Shown here: positions 37,779 to 50,274 of the stretch, in pieces
How the letters are laid out: the number at the start of each line of letters is the position of its first letter
How positions within the stretch are numbered: the first letter of the stretch is position 1
Source of the DNA: Ascidiella aspersa
Lineage: Eukaryota
DNA: 64,000 bases
Direction of reading: 5' to 3'
Assembly (NCBI GenBank): GCA_963924565.1
Contig: OZ004613.1
Coordinates: forward strand, 4,278,001 to 4,342,000
Notes under the pieces: generated by a model
Database searches by the model: none
Seen by the model: only the letters and a program-made list of their open reading frames with translations
Told to the model about the DNA's origin: nothing
Made by a program: the position numbers and the translations under genes

Positions 37779-38816
37779 ATGAGTGAAGATGAAACACCTA
37801 TTTTACCGCCATCACATCACATTAAGCTGGAATACTGCGAAACCCGGCCGAAATATAGAAGATGCAAAAAGAAACGTTCCGTTCGCGTTTTTACTGTCAA
37901 TTCTGAATCGAAATACCTGATTGTAACCGATGTACCGATTACGTGCTTGGAAAGTGACTTAATAAAGTTATTTGCGTCATTTGGGACCCTTAAACAAACT
38001 CGTGAGCTGCCGGATTACCCACAAGAGGAATTCATAAAGACCTTTTTAATAGAATTTCAAGATATTCAACGAGCAAAAACCGCAAAAAAGTTCACCGATG
38101 AAAAAAACTTTTACGGCGGTATGTTGCATGTTTGCTATGCCCCGGAATACGAAACTGTTAGTGACACGAGGGAAAAGATAAACCACAGACGCAGCACTGT
38201 AACAACGAGGGTTAAAATTCTGGAAAAGGAAGCAAGAATGACAAAAAGTAAACAGCCATCGGCCAATAAAAGTAATAAAAAGATTGAGGAAAAATGCAAA
38301 AGTTACAAAAAGAATGCAGAAACTTCTCATGATATGTTACAAGCTAATGAAGAAATGAACAACATTGGGCCTCAATTGCCTGGTAGTTCATCGACAATAT
38401 CAAATCAGGGCTTCCATCCCCAAATTCCATGCAACCAATTTGGGATTCCCCTGTTTTTACCCCCTCCACCACCCCCAGAATTTGTGCCATACAGAAATCG
38501 GTCTGTGAGTAAAGCAAACTCTCATAACGCTACAGAAAGCAATGTCCCTAAAAGAATTACCAACAAAAATCCACCTGGCTCAGTCAAAAAGACGCTTAAC
38601 AAGGAAAATCCAAAAATGAAAGTTCGAAGTGGTTATTTTTATCAAAGTGTTGCGCAATCAACCAAACAAACTGTTCCAAGAACTGACACAAACAATATAG
38701 CTGCAAACATAAAAAGCAATCCACTTGTTTCGTTTAAACCTCCGCCATTTATTCCGCGACATTTAAAGAAAACAGCAACAAACGAAAACACAAATTCTAA
38801 AAATCAAGTATCATGA
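37779..38816 (+). CDS. RBM48: RNA-binding motif protein 48 (minor spliceosome factor), intronless, 345 aa
   Basis: N-terminal HH..EYCETRPKYR, VRVFTVNSESKYLIV..VP, YPQEEF, FYGGMLHVCYAPEYETVSDTREK are the RBM48 RRM signature; low-complexity C-terminus; AATAAA at ~38865. Confidence 0.92.
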   Translation: MSEDETPILPPSHHIKLEYCETRPKYRRCKKKRSVRVFTVNSESKYLIVTDVPITCLESDLIKLFASFGTLKQTRELPDYPQEEFIKTFLIEFQDIQRAKTAKKFTDEKNFYGGMLHVCYAPEYETVSDTREKINHRRSTVTTRVKILEKEARMTKSKQPSANKSNKKIEEKCKSYKKNAETSHDMLQANEEMNNIGPQLPGSSSTISNQGFHPQIPCNQFGIPLFLPPPPPPEFVPYRNRSVSKANSHNATESNVPKRITNKNPPGSVKKTLNKENPKMKVRSGYFYQSVAQSTKQTVPRTDTNNIAANIKSNPLVSFKPPPFIPRHLKKTATNENTNSKNQVS

Positions 38817-39472
38817 AATTTGTACTTTAATATGAAACAATGTCTTGCCAGCATCAATATTCATAATAAACAGTCACTATTGTAAGCTGTAAAGTGCTTG
38901 GTTGTAATAACATGGCTGCTAGAATTTGCATCATAAAGTTACTTCCTAAATTTGCAAGACTGTATGTGACTTAGTATTGAAAAACAGTAAGCCCTACTCA
39001 CACTTTGCATGGCTGAATGCATTTCACAAGGACTTTTTCATTAAACAAATAGCTACGGCTTCAACTGAGAGTGCAACGCGGAGAACAAATTAAGTCCGAA
39101 CTTTTTAAGTTGGTATGTATGCAACTGTTTCATATTAATAGCTTTATTTGATGTGACCCAGTACCATGTATTTGCAGTTGTGGTTATAAACTGTTACTTT
39201 TGTTTCACAGTACGTGTTTATTAGCTCAGGTTATTAACCGTTTAAGTTATATAATGAATCATTTGAATGTTGATATGAATCTTTCTTTATTGATTGCTGT
39301 GAAATTTTTGTTCATTATTTTACCGTATTTGTTTTCGTGTGTGCAATAAGTTTAACAAACTTAAACCAGCTGCCTTTTAAAAGTGCTTCATACATTGGAC
39401 CATTCTAAGTTCTCATTTCCACTTAAGCCAGTGTAGGTCCAAGTAGCACAGAGCACTCTTGTAGGATCAATA

Positions 39473-42400
39473 ATGGCTAAAAAGGGTGGCAAGAAAAAGG
39501 GTAAAGGAGGGGGCAAGGGGGGAAAGAAGAGTGGAAAAAGAGAAGATGAAATGACTCTCAAGGAGGCAATCATGGCATTCCAGTAAGCAATATATAATAG
39601 GACAGATTTCAAGTGGATAAACCAGTGTTTCCGAACCACTTAAAAACTGTTTGTTCCTAGTCCTTATCATTTATTTATTTGAAAAGAAATAGCCTGTAGT
39701 TTTAAAGCTTGGTGAAAAGTTCAATGGTGGTATGGGTGTGATTTTTTGGAGGGTTGCAATGTGTTGGTGACCCTGGCCTAAATTAAAACAAGGATTCACA
39801 ATTTTATTGAACAAATGGTATACGATGATTTTAAGACTGTTTATGAAAACAGGCATAAAACATAAAATCATTTCTTAAAACTAATGCAGAAGTAAATAGT
39901 TTGCCTGATGAACAGGCGTGAATAATTTTTGTACAAAATAATAAGATGTATAAAATGTCAAAAATAGTAGTTAATATTGTCATTATGATTGAACAGTAAT
40001 TTTACTCCCTTAAAAACACAAAAACTTAAATTACTCCAATCCCAACAGAATCCAAGTAAAAGAAAAGTCTTCGGAAGAACTTCAGTTTGAAATAAAAGGA
40101 CTTCAGGAAAAAAACAAGCGATATCAGGAGAGGGTAAAGTGACAATATAAATATATTAGTTCTGAAATATTTGATGTCAATATAAAAATTATTAACATGC
40201 CTAAGTATTTGTTGACTTCAAAACTGCTTTTACTGTCCTTTATGAACCTTTTATCCTTGAAGTCAAGCTTCTTATTGACAAATACTCAAAAGTATAACCC
40301 AGCCTAGAGAAAATACAGTATATGTATATTATTATTCAATGTTTTTGTAAACAATTTTACCATCTGTATTATTCCATTTCGCTTGGGTCATCATTTCACT
40401 AAATTTTTGTCAATTAAAAAATAGCATAATTTAAAAAAAACTTCTGGCTAACGTATCTCTGAAAATCTTGTATCTTTTTAATGCACTTTATGTAATCAAA
40501 TTAAATATGGTTGTAATTTATTTAAATATGTGGATGTTATTACATTTTTATGGATTTTACTTATTCAGAAATATCAATAGTCAAAAACTAGATTTTATCA
40601 AAATCAAGGCCTTTTGAGACTCTAAAGTCAACACAATTGCACCATGCCTAATTTTTTTCTCTTTATGTTAACCTAAATGAAAGTCTGTGTATTTATTAAA
40701 ACTTAGCTGTTATATGGTTTTTAAAAATCATAACCAACATGAAATTAACTTTTTTTTTTCCTGCGATGAAGGAAACTGGTATTTTTAATCAGATTCAATA
40801 TCAATAACAACAAGCAAATCGTAGTCAGAATATTAAAGTACTTTACAGAGGTAGGTATCATTTTAAAAGTTTGGAATATCTCATGTATATTTTCAACATT
40901 TATTTTTTATTTATTCATTCTTCATGATGTTGAAAATGAAAAAAAGATGTTGAAACGTTTAAAATGCTACCTACTTCTGTACAGCAGGTTTGATATTCTT
41001 ACCAGGTCAAGTACAGCCTCATAACATTATGCTTCAAAAAGCAAACCGTTCAGTTCAATCAATAAACCTTTTTTTCGCTCTCGACAGAACACAAGACTAA
41101 AGGACGAGCAGTTTATCCACATTAAGACGCTTCTCCGACAAGCGAAGGAACAGGAACAGGAGTTGGAACAGAAGGAGGTTTACAACAGCGAACACGTCGA
41201 GCAAGCGCTCAAGGAAAAGTGGACGGCTGGAAGACTCGAGGAACAAAGACTTGATGGTGAGTAGGGTTGTCCAATACTTCACTCTTTATTCCGATACCGA
41301 TACCCAACATTTTTGACAAAAAGTTTCCCGATACAGATAGCCGATATTTTGACATACTTTAAGAAACAAGGATGTTCGATACTTTGTTAGGTAAATACAG
41401 GGATACTTTTTTACTTCTTTTATGAATTTATTTAACTACATTTTTAATTTAAAACTTCACTCTTCGAAGGCAGTTGACAATGCATGAACATCGCTTCAAA
41501 GCGTAACTTTTTTATTACCAATACCCAGACAGAACTTGATTATTTTGGGCGGCACAACATACATTTGGTGTCTTAATGCGGTGCGTTTCAAATGTCATGA
41601 GAGAGATTTCGTGACTATTTTGTTAAAATCTGTTAACTGTTATGATAGAAACGTATTCTACAAAATACCGATACCCGACATTTTTGACAAAAAGTATTGC
41701 GATCCGATCCAATATGCTGACATATTTTAGTAAATAGTATTGTCCGATGCCATTTTGTTTGGATACCCAACATTTTTGACAAAAAGTATTGGAACGGATC
41801 ACGATACCCAGTATTTTGACATATTCTACTAAGTAGGGATGCCCGTTAGTTGATATTATATTGGGACAACGATACCCAATATTTTGAACAAAAGATATCG
41901 CAATTCGATCTGACATCAAATGACAACATTGATATGGTCAAACAAACAAAATACATAAAATTTAAACATTCAGAGGTTATTGCACCAAAATTATATATAG
42001 TGTTCAGATAATCTACTAATTTTGAAGTAAATTTAGCTTTCAAGTTAAAATTTTTTGCTTGGATCAAGGCATAAATTCCTATAATTATTTGGTTTTGGAT
42101 TGGCACCGATACCATCCTAGTATGTAGCTATACAACCATTTGGTATCATGCATCAACTCTAATTTGATATTATCGACAACCCTAATGGAAAGCTTGCCGG
42201 TGTATAATGAACTGTTTTTATACCTATTAACTAACTATTTGTGATTTAATTGCTCCGCGTTAAGTTAAAAATTTGCACTACTGTGCGTATTACGTTTAAA
42301 TCAATAAGTGTTATTATGACTGAAGTGGATGACTGGCTAAACTTAAAGTGCACTTGGGTCATGGTTTTTTTAACGACTTGACTTGGAGAAAGTCCTTTTT

Positions 42401-45400
42401 TGCTACTAATTGTGTGAAATAACTTTGGGAAACTTAGAACAGTGAATTTAATATGGTTTTCCATATGATGTACAAATATATTTATAAGTATGTGTGCACT
42501 TAAACACCAGGTGTATTCATTGATTAATGTGATTTTTTTACCAGGGATTTTAATATAATCTGGTGTAAAATTCTGAATTTCAAACAGTTTTCATTCGCTA
42601 ATATGCTTGAACTGGGACATGGATTTTATCATGATAATGATGTGCATAAAAAAAGTTACTAAATAACAAAAACACAGGACTATCTTTATGATTTAAAACA
42701 CTCATACATATGTGACCAAAATCATTTTTATACCATTGATAAAACATAATATATTAATATTTTTTTAATTAAATAAAGAACTGAGGTTGAAAATAGCAGC
42801 AACTGACGAGCAATACGACAAACTTAGGAATGAGGTGGAGTTTTGGAAAAGTTACAGTGCCTCTGGGTCTGCAGAACACAAGACACAGGTAAGCTTCCTA
42901 ATTTACTTAAATAAATACAGAATATTACGCTTTGAAATTAATAAAAGATACACACACATATGTGTTCACCAACTGTGATCTAACCCCTGGGAAGCTGCTT
43001 TTTGACCAGCGATTACAGCTTATGTATCACAGTACACCGAAAGCCACGCAGACTCGTCAAATCTGTCGATCAATGATGCTAGCAAGGCATGCTGAAGAAA
43101 ACTAGCCTGCAGTGAGGTTTGAACTCACGACCTCCGGTCAAGCCGGGACTATAACTGAGCTACACAGGTTTAGAGGGGAGCACGCCGAGAAACAACATTG
43201 ACTTTGATATTTACTTTGTTTTCTAACAAGAGGCTTACCTTAACGTTACTCAACGTTTTATACAAAATAATTGTGGTTTAAGTTAATGCCAGAGCGGTAA
43301 ATAAAGTTAATGAACTGGCCAATGGCTACAGGGCTCGCAAATCCGCTAATCAAAATCAGTATTTTGTAATTGATTTTCGTGCAAGCAATGCTAGGGTTAA
43401 ATCGAACATGGCAAATGTTTTTTTTTTATTTTAGATTCACTTGCTTGAAGGCGAGCTTGAAGATATGCAGCAGAACTTTGATGACATGTGTGGTAAGCTT
43501 CGAACATTTACTCTGTCGGATTACTGCTTTATTAGTTCATATGGGTAATAAATATGTGTAGTTGAAGTTAATTCGAAATAGGCCTGGAGGTGTTAGAGTT
43601 ATCTGACCTTAACCAGTAGTCTTCCCACTACGACAATCATTGGTTTCCAGAAATAAATTTGAACTAAATTAGTCAATGACTTGAGTGCACTTTAGGTCAC
43701 TGTTGTCTAATAACTTGACTTAAGTCGTTCTGGTAAAATGACTTGACTTGACCTACGACTTTTGGATAAATGACTTGACTTAAGTCTTTCGGACAAATGA
43801 CTTGACCTACGTCTTTTGAACGAATGTCTTGACTTGGACTTAAGTCAATTTAAAATAAGATATTTACATTTAACATTTTATTATAAAATTAGGCTATTTA
43901 TCTCGTGATTTACAAAAAAAACGATAGGATCGTAAATTTTTGTTTTTTGTTATTTTTTAGTTAAATTAATTGGTGGTAACCGGACGAGTTTACCAAGTTT
44001 AATGATTGGTCGTTTTAATTTATTAATCAATGATTTGATTTGGAGACAACTTGCTCTGATAATGACCGACTTTAAGTGGGACTTAACTTGTTATTTTTTG
44101 CAAAGGGACTTGACTTTTAAGTCATTTAAAAGGCTTGCTTACAGCACTGTTAAAAACCCTAAACATTCACAAACTTTCAGCTCACTTAAAGCGCCAGTTG
44201 GACGCAGCCAAACTGGAGGTGAAAACTCACACGGACCGGTGCATGGCTGAGCAGAAGCACTTGGCTTCCGAGAAAGCGATGGGCCACCTCGACCCAGTCA
44301 GTGTGCAGGAAGTACACGAGAACGAGTGGCTTAAAAACGAGGCCGAAGTGCACAGGTGAGCTGTGCATTGTTCGCCGTAGTGACGTAATAAAATGAACTC
44401 ATTGTCGCAATGATGACGTCACAAGTAAAAACAAGTGTCACTGATTTTTAAGTTGACCTGTACAACCGTGCTTTAAAGTTGGCCAACTTAAAATGCAATT
44501 TGTCAACAAGTCATTTGTATAAACTTTTCAGCCCAGTTGTCTAAAATGCTGACGAAATAAGTTTGCCTATTGTCCGTGGTTATGACGTACCAAGGAAAGT
44601 AAGTGTGCAACTAAGTTAAAAAGTCATCTCAATTTTCCAATGTGCTGTAAAACTGTGCTTATTTTCCACAGTAACGACATTATAATTGAACTTATTATCG
44701 TATTGACGTAACAACTGAGCTTACTGCATGAGTAGCTCACGTAAGAAAGTAAAATAAAAAATGTGCTAGGTCTGAGTTCAAAACCTCATGCAGTGCTCGA
44801 AATATCATTAAAGCACTGAAAGCTGAAACCACTACATTTCGATCTCTGTGACCAGGAAACCTATGCAAACCAGATGGAACATATCCGACGTAAAAAACAT
44901 ATTTAGGGTTTTGCGAACAGTAACCACCTTTGGTAATAATTTTGGTAAATACTCATTTTTGGTAATAATTTTACATTAATAATTGAAATTTAGAGATAGA
45001 ATTTTTCCAGCAGGCAACAATAGATAAAAATCTCTCTTTTGATGTAAACGAAGTTACATACCGACGTTTCGGCAGCATATACCAGCTGACCAAGCTTGTT
45101 TTTAGATACACTTTGTGGTAAATATAGTTAGCTCCACCAGGCAACATTTACAAATAGTTAAAAATCGCTCTTTCGGGTGTAAGCGAACTTATTGAATGGT
45201 AGCCGCAACATCTGTTTGCTGATCCTATGCTGCAACAATCTTACATGTGAAAATATGTTAAAGGGCCGAAGGAAAGCTCCTTCGAGTGAAGTTGCAAGAG
45301 TTGGAAAAGGAAAACTTGGAAATTATCGGGGAATTGCTGGATTGTAGACAGGAAGACCTCAAAATATCTAGGTAAGTGGTTTGGTACGCACTAGGTTTGC

Positions 45401-48198
45401 CCGATACCTAATGTTTCATTCCGTTAGGGATTACCGGATATTCTGGACAAAGCGTATCGCGATTTGATCCGATCCGATTCCAAATTACGTCATTATTATT
45501 TTTATTGTAAAGCGATCAAAACTAATGAAATCGAACTAAATGAAATCGAAAACGTATGAAATCAGTAATGAAATCGCAACGTTAAAATGTATTTTTTTAC
45601 GGTTGTTATGCCGAAATTCATTTTAGTGTTTAGAATCTTAGTTACCTCCAGTTGTTGAACCTTTTAACGTAAAATCGCTTCGTTGGACCGACAATAAGGT
45701 TCTCGCACTTATTTCTACAATATTTAGCGGTGGACACATATTCCAACGGGCGTGAGTTCGACTCTCACTTAAGCACTGTTGCAGAGTGCGTTGTCCGACG
45801 CCTATACCTGACTGACTTTAACGATTGGCTGATGGCTGCATAGTTTTATGGCGACACGTTCTTTAAATATGTATCTGACTCCAAAGGAGCAGAGCTCTAA
45901 CTACACTTTTTCTTCACTCAGTTGATATTGCTCGTTAAGTATATACTCACAAATCTCGCTATACACGATAACGTAAAGCAGTGATTCAAGCCGCTAGTCC
46001 ACTGGTTCTCAACCCTTTTTCGTTCGTGGCCCGTTTTCGTTGCACAACAATTTCTGTGGCTCATTAAAATTATGGCAAAAAACAACTATGAAATAGGTTT
46101 AGAACAAAAAACAGCAGAACATATTTCAAAACAGAATATTTATTCAACCGTGCATTAGTGGGCTGCTGAACAATAAATTTACATTTCTTTTCAATTCTTG
46201 CCCCAACCATTATTCTTGTAAAATTAAGTATCGTGACACGAATGAAACTAAATTCTTCCAACAATCTAGCTTTTTTAATTTTTTTTTTAAATGTTCCATC
46301 ATGCCCACTGGTTGAAAAGCCCTGCGCTAATATAAAGCCAAGTCTCGTATTGGAGCGTAATGCTGGTCACACGTCAGTGGACACAGGTCACGTGCATTAT
46401 GACGACAAACTGGGCAACTCAGTGGGTTAATACTAGGCAATGATACTTAATCTACACCAGGGGTTCTTAACCTTTTTTGTATGTTTTACCTTTTTAACAA
46501 AGATGAATATCAGATTTACCCCCAATATATAAAGTGGTGCTCTTTTATTACAAAAACGAAAGTAACAAATTACATCAGTTATGTTCAGTGCGACGCATTC
46601 CCTTGCTTTTTGGCAACGAGTTTTTAATGTCTGGTAAAGTAGTAGGTAATGCACAACAAATATCAGAAACAAGTCGGTTTCGTGCTTCAGATTTTAATAG
46701 TAAGCAATGCAGTGAAGCCGCTTCGCATAGGTTATATTCAGGGCTTGAATACCTATCCTTGGATTTACCCCCTAAAACGAGGAATTTACCCCAGGTTAAG
46801 AAGGGCTGATTTACACTACTCGCCATTTATTTCCAGAAACTTCTACATGACTCAGTTTCGCGAGGACGACCAACTGACCGACGATAAGTTGTCCGACATG
46901 GACATGAAGCAGATGTCCATCTACAGGGGAGCGGCAAGTCCGGAATCTTCACAAATGAGAGGTTAGCAGTGGCCGATATTATCGTATCGAAGGAAACTAA
47001 TACGATATTAATACGATATTATCCTAATAATAAGCAAGAGTAGGTTTTTAAACTATGTGGTGTGTAGCCACTTAATCATATTGTTTTGGAAAAGCGATTT
47101 TAAAATCATTGAAATTTAGTTTTTCAAGTAAAATGATGTATATATAAATTATATATTTTAGTTTTTTGTACATGTCTTGTTTTTCTTCACTCAGCGATTG
47201 AGGATCGTCCCAGGAGCGCGATGCAGTCTGCGGTGGAGGATCGTGTCTTCTCCATCATGGAAGCTCACAACGAGGAGGATGAAGATTATGAAGAAGATGA
47301 GGATGGAGGGGAAGATGAAATCGACATCCAGAAGGACATGGTGAGACGGGACGATGTATAATGTGACATCACAGTGATATGTATGACGTCATATGGTATG
47401 AGTAACATCACAGTGGTATGTGCAACATCACAGTGGTAAGTATGACATCACAGTGATATACTATATATTGTATCACTGGATATGTTTTCCATACACGTTG
47501 AGATGACGTCACATTAATCCCGTTCATCTATTTGTGTTGCTTTTTGTATTTTAGTTTAAACCAATTTCCACACATTTCTTTAACCTACATTTGTCCTTTT
47601 TTTTTCCAAAAAAAGCAATTCTTAATGAGTATAAATAATAGTTATTGTTACAAACATATATTTTGAACTCCGTCAATCGTCCAATATTATTTATTTTGCA
47701 TTTAAGAGAATTGCAATCCGTTTAGTGTTTTTATAATACTTAAACAGGGTGCAAATAAAACCGAAAAGTTAGCCTCAATCTACAAAGTAAAAACGCCTTA
47801 CTTCCCAATCACGCCACTTTAATTAGGTATGCAAAAATGGCCATTGCTGCTGTAAGTGTCTTTTCAAACCTCTTAACCACCAACTGCAGCCTCCCACAAA
47901 CGAAAAACAAACTTCTCATGGACGGTATATAAATTTTTCCTTTTGCTTCTAGGAATACCTCCACTTGGGGCCGCTCGAGATCAAATTATTATGCGTGGTT
48001 GGGGAGCAGAAACCGATTCATCCGATCGATGCGCGATTGCAAATCGTCGACGGGAGCAAGCCTGACGTCACAGTAACGAGGCCAAAGTGGCCAGTGGAAC
48101 CGCCGATGATGAGGGCCGCCCTGGAATGCTCCCCCTCCGATGTGAAGCTGCCATCTAGTGGCGGTACCCCGGGAAGTAGTGACGTCATGGTGGCTTGA
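39473..48198 (+). CDS. CCDC83: Coiled-coil domain-containing protein 83, ~443 aa; join(39473..39582,40049..40133,41088..41256,42779..42888,43435..43492,44181..44355,45264..45371,46837..46961,47195..47340,47953..48198)
   Basis: The spliced product contains EAIMAFQIQVKEK, KNKRYQERNTRLKDEQFIHIKTLL, VEQALKEKW, ENEWLKNEAEVHR, ELEKENLEIIGELLDCR..DLKISR and YLHLGPLEIKLL, matching vertebrate CCDC83 motifs as recalled. All GT-AG junctions are phase-compatible (1332 nt). Confidence 0.88.
41262..42184. mobile_element. hAT-like element with TAGGG TIRs and ccgatac(c) subterminal repeats in CCDC83 intron 3
   Basis: TIRs tagggttgtc / gacaacccta; TSD atggtgag / atggaaag; internal tandem ccgatacccaacatttttgacaaaaag units. 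Related fragments at ~14565-14760, 17740-17812, 45392-45480, 49740-49890, 62040-62110. Confidence 0.8.
42940..43215 (-). mobile_element. Interspersed repeat with an internal tRNA-derived segment (copy 2)
   Basis: The minus strand of 43101-43168 reads cctgtgTAGCTCAGT...ggaggtcgtGAGTTCAAACCtcactgcaggc (A box, B box, acceptor-like stem); homologous to 4295-4555. Confidence 0.75.
43670..44149. mobile_element. GACTT-family element in CCDC83 intron 5
   Basis: Dense aaatgacttgactt repeats ending in ttacagcactg, 31 bp before the exon-6 acceptor. Confidence 0.75.
46000..46324. mobile_element. hAT (Charlie-like) MITE
   Basis: TIRs cactggttctcaacc / ggttgaaaagccctg; TSD cgctagtc / cgctaata. Confidence 0.6.
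46458..46808. mobile_element. hAT (Charlie-like) MITE
   Basis: TIRs caggggttcttaacct / aggttaagaagggctg; TSD atctacac / atttacac; second copy near 20230. Confidence 0.85.
47361..47460 (+). repeat. ~20-bp minisatellite (tgacatcacagtg...) at the start of CCDC83 intron 9
   Basis: acatcacagtg occurs four times at multiples of ~20 bp, with a TGACGTCA variant unit at 47384. Confidence 0.85.
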
Positions 48199-49216
48199 TT
48201 ATATTGTTTTCTGTGATTTTTGGTGAATTTTAGGATTTTTGTGTATTTTTTTCATTAGGTGGCGCTGTGTTGTAGTTGTCGTTTTTTTTCTTTTTGTTGC
48301 AGAGAAAATATATTTTTTGGTGGCCGCTGATTCTTATCGACTCATATGGTTAATTTGTGGATTATTTGGGTCTAAAGATATGTCAATTTTTTTGTATGTT
48401 TGCGATTAGGCAGAAATAAACACGCTATAGGTCTACTTAACACTTGCTGTACCTTTTGATAGAAATTTTTTGTTTTTGCGAGGCATAACGCTGTATCTTG
48501 TTTTTTTTCACTCATTTTGTTTAAAAAAACATATATCTTTCCGTAGTGGCCGATAAAAACACTAATAATTCTTCTCTTCATAATATTTTAATTTTTTTAT
48601 AAAAGAGCAGATTTACTATTCCGTGTAATGCCTGCTTACATTCCAAGCTTTGCATATTTGTTTAAAGCACATATTTCGTAGACAATATACTTATCATCGC
48701 TTTACGTTACTTATACTGATATTAACTGTGACAGCGTCATACATTCTTAACATTTTATGCAGACCATGGACATAAATGTGTGCATTGGGACGGTTCAGAA
48801 ATCCTTTATCTACAAAAGGGTATATTTGTCATCAGTACGACTCAAATTGCATTTGAACTTCATTGTTTATAACTTCCAAGTTTCTTTTATCTTTCCAAAA
48901 AATTAGGAAACGTTTTCGAACCGTCCTTATGTTATTCACGCGTTATATCTTAATATCTTTAATGACCGCCGTCCGTTATATTTTTCTACCGTCCAGCTTT
49001 AATTATCACCAACTGTGAATTGCTTTCAAATATGTAATAAAAAAACTTGCACCAAAAACGCTTGATTTCTTGCCGCTTGCTCAAAAAATCTCGCTGTCCG
49101 ATAGTTTGAAGTGATTTTATGACGATGGTAAAACAAGAAATACAAACTAAAGTGTAATCGTATTGAGTATTTAGGCCGAAATTTGGTTTTGCGAAAACCT
49201 ATTTATTTTCGATATT

Positions 49217-50274
49217 TTATGTAACATTGTCCAAGACATTTTCCTTCCTAGAAAACCATACGTTAAGTTTGCCGACCCCTGGCCTAAACCAGTTACGTTT
49301 TTTTAACCCATACGTGTCCCATGTGCTTTTGTAACCACATTTTATCCTTATCTCTATACTCGTCGCACTGTTTGCCACCTTAATTACACTTAACACGTCT
49401 CGGCACCAATTAAGCGCCCGTATCGAAATACACGAACCAACTTGTTCGTGGGAACCGCATAAGCCTTGGTCAGCTGTGATCTGCCGATAACGCGCGTCTA
49501 ATTGGGACCCGTCGGCTCCAAATAGCATCAACTTTGTGTAGTTTGTCGTCTGCACGTAACTGCCAGATGTTGCCTTGCACACAACACTTAAACCGGTGCC
49601 TTTTTTGCTGTACCAACACTTGGTGGTTCCCAACAGTTTTACTGGTAGCTGATATTTTCCAGAAAAAGCGGCCGTCCAATGTGATGACGTCATTATTATG
49701 GTCCAAAAAGCATAAACTATCAAATTGTAAAGTTTCGTGGCAACTTTTTATATTTCTTTGAATTTTAGTGTCATATTTTCTGAGAAATTCACCTTTTGAA
49801 AGTAGAAATATTTTTGTCCCACCACCAAAACAAAATTTAAATTCACAATTTATTTTGGTGTCGGGTTGGCACCGATACCAACCGAATTTTGCGCATTTAC
49901 CGATTCTATTACCCAGCATTCAGATATGGCCTTTGACCAATATTAAAGACATTTTGACTTAGCGGCAACATTATTATACATATTGGCTTCGCAATTATTT
50001 TGTTTCACTAGTTTAACCACAGTTTATGCTTTTAAGAAAAAAGAAAAAAATATAGCGGCAGCCCTTGTGGTATTTCTACTTACTATTATGGCACAGAAAA
50101 ACACACAGGTGCAAAACGTAGGAAAATATGTCTTGATTGTTTTTTCGCAGTCGAAACGCATAAAAACGTTGCTACAAGCGAGCTATACCAATTGAGCAAA
50201 AATTAGACTTAAAAAATCCAAAATATTTCGCAGCACCGCTGTGTCAAAATGTCTTTACTTTTGACAAAAGTCAT
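49217..50274 (-). CDS. Probable orphan secreted Cys-containing protein, ~171 aa; complement(join(49217..49716,50259..50274))
   Basis: A 500-nt open frame with higher GC than its flanks starts at acceptor tttgatag. An upstream micro-exon ATGACTTTTGTCAAAA|gtaaag is phase-compatible and gives MTFVKIYAFWTIIMTSSHWTAAFS (signal-peptide-like). The mature part has 6 Cys. No family recognised. Confidence 0.55.

Noticed and set aside
39388-39670. Pro/Phe-rich minus-strand ORFs
   Set aside because: Antisense of the Lys/Gly-rich first exon of CCDC83.
43101-43168. Possible tRNA gene; similar B-box words at ~44774 and ~45755
   Set aside because: D and anticodon arms are disrupted and the segment is embedded in a dispersed repeat; treated as tRNA-derived.
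43670-43860. CRISPR-like look of spaced GACTT repeats (also 41290-41900, 47361-47460)
   Set aside because: Degenerate units without unique constant-length spacers, no cas genes, eukaryotic intron context; these are transposon subterminal repeats or minisatellites.
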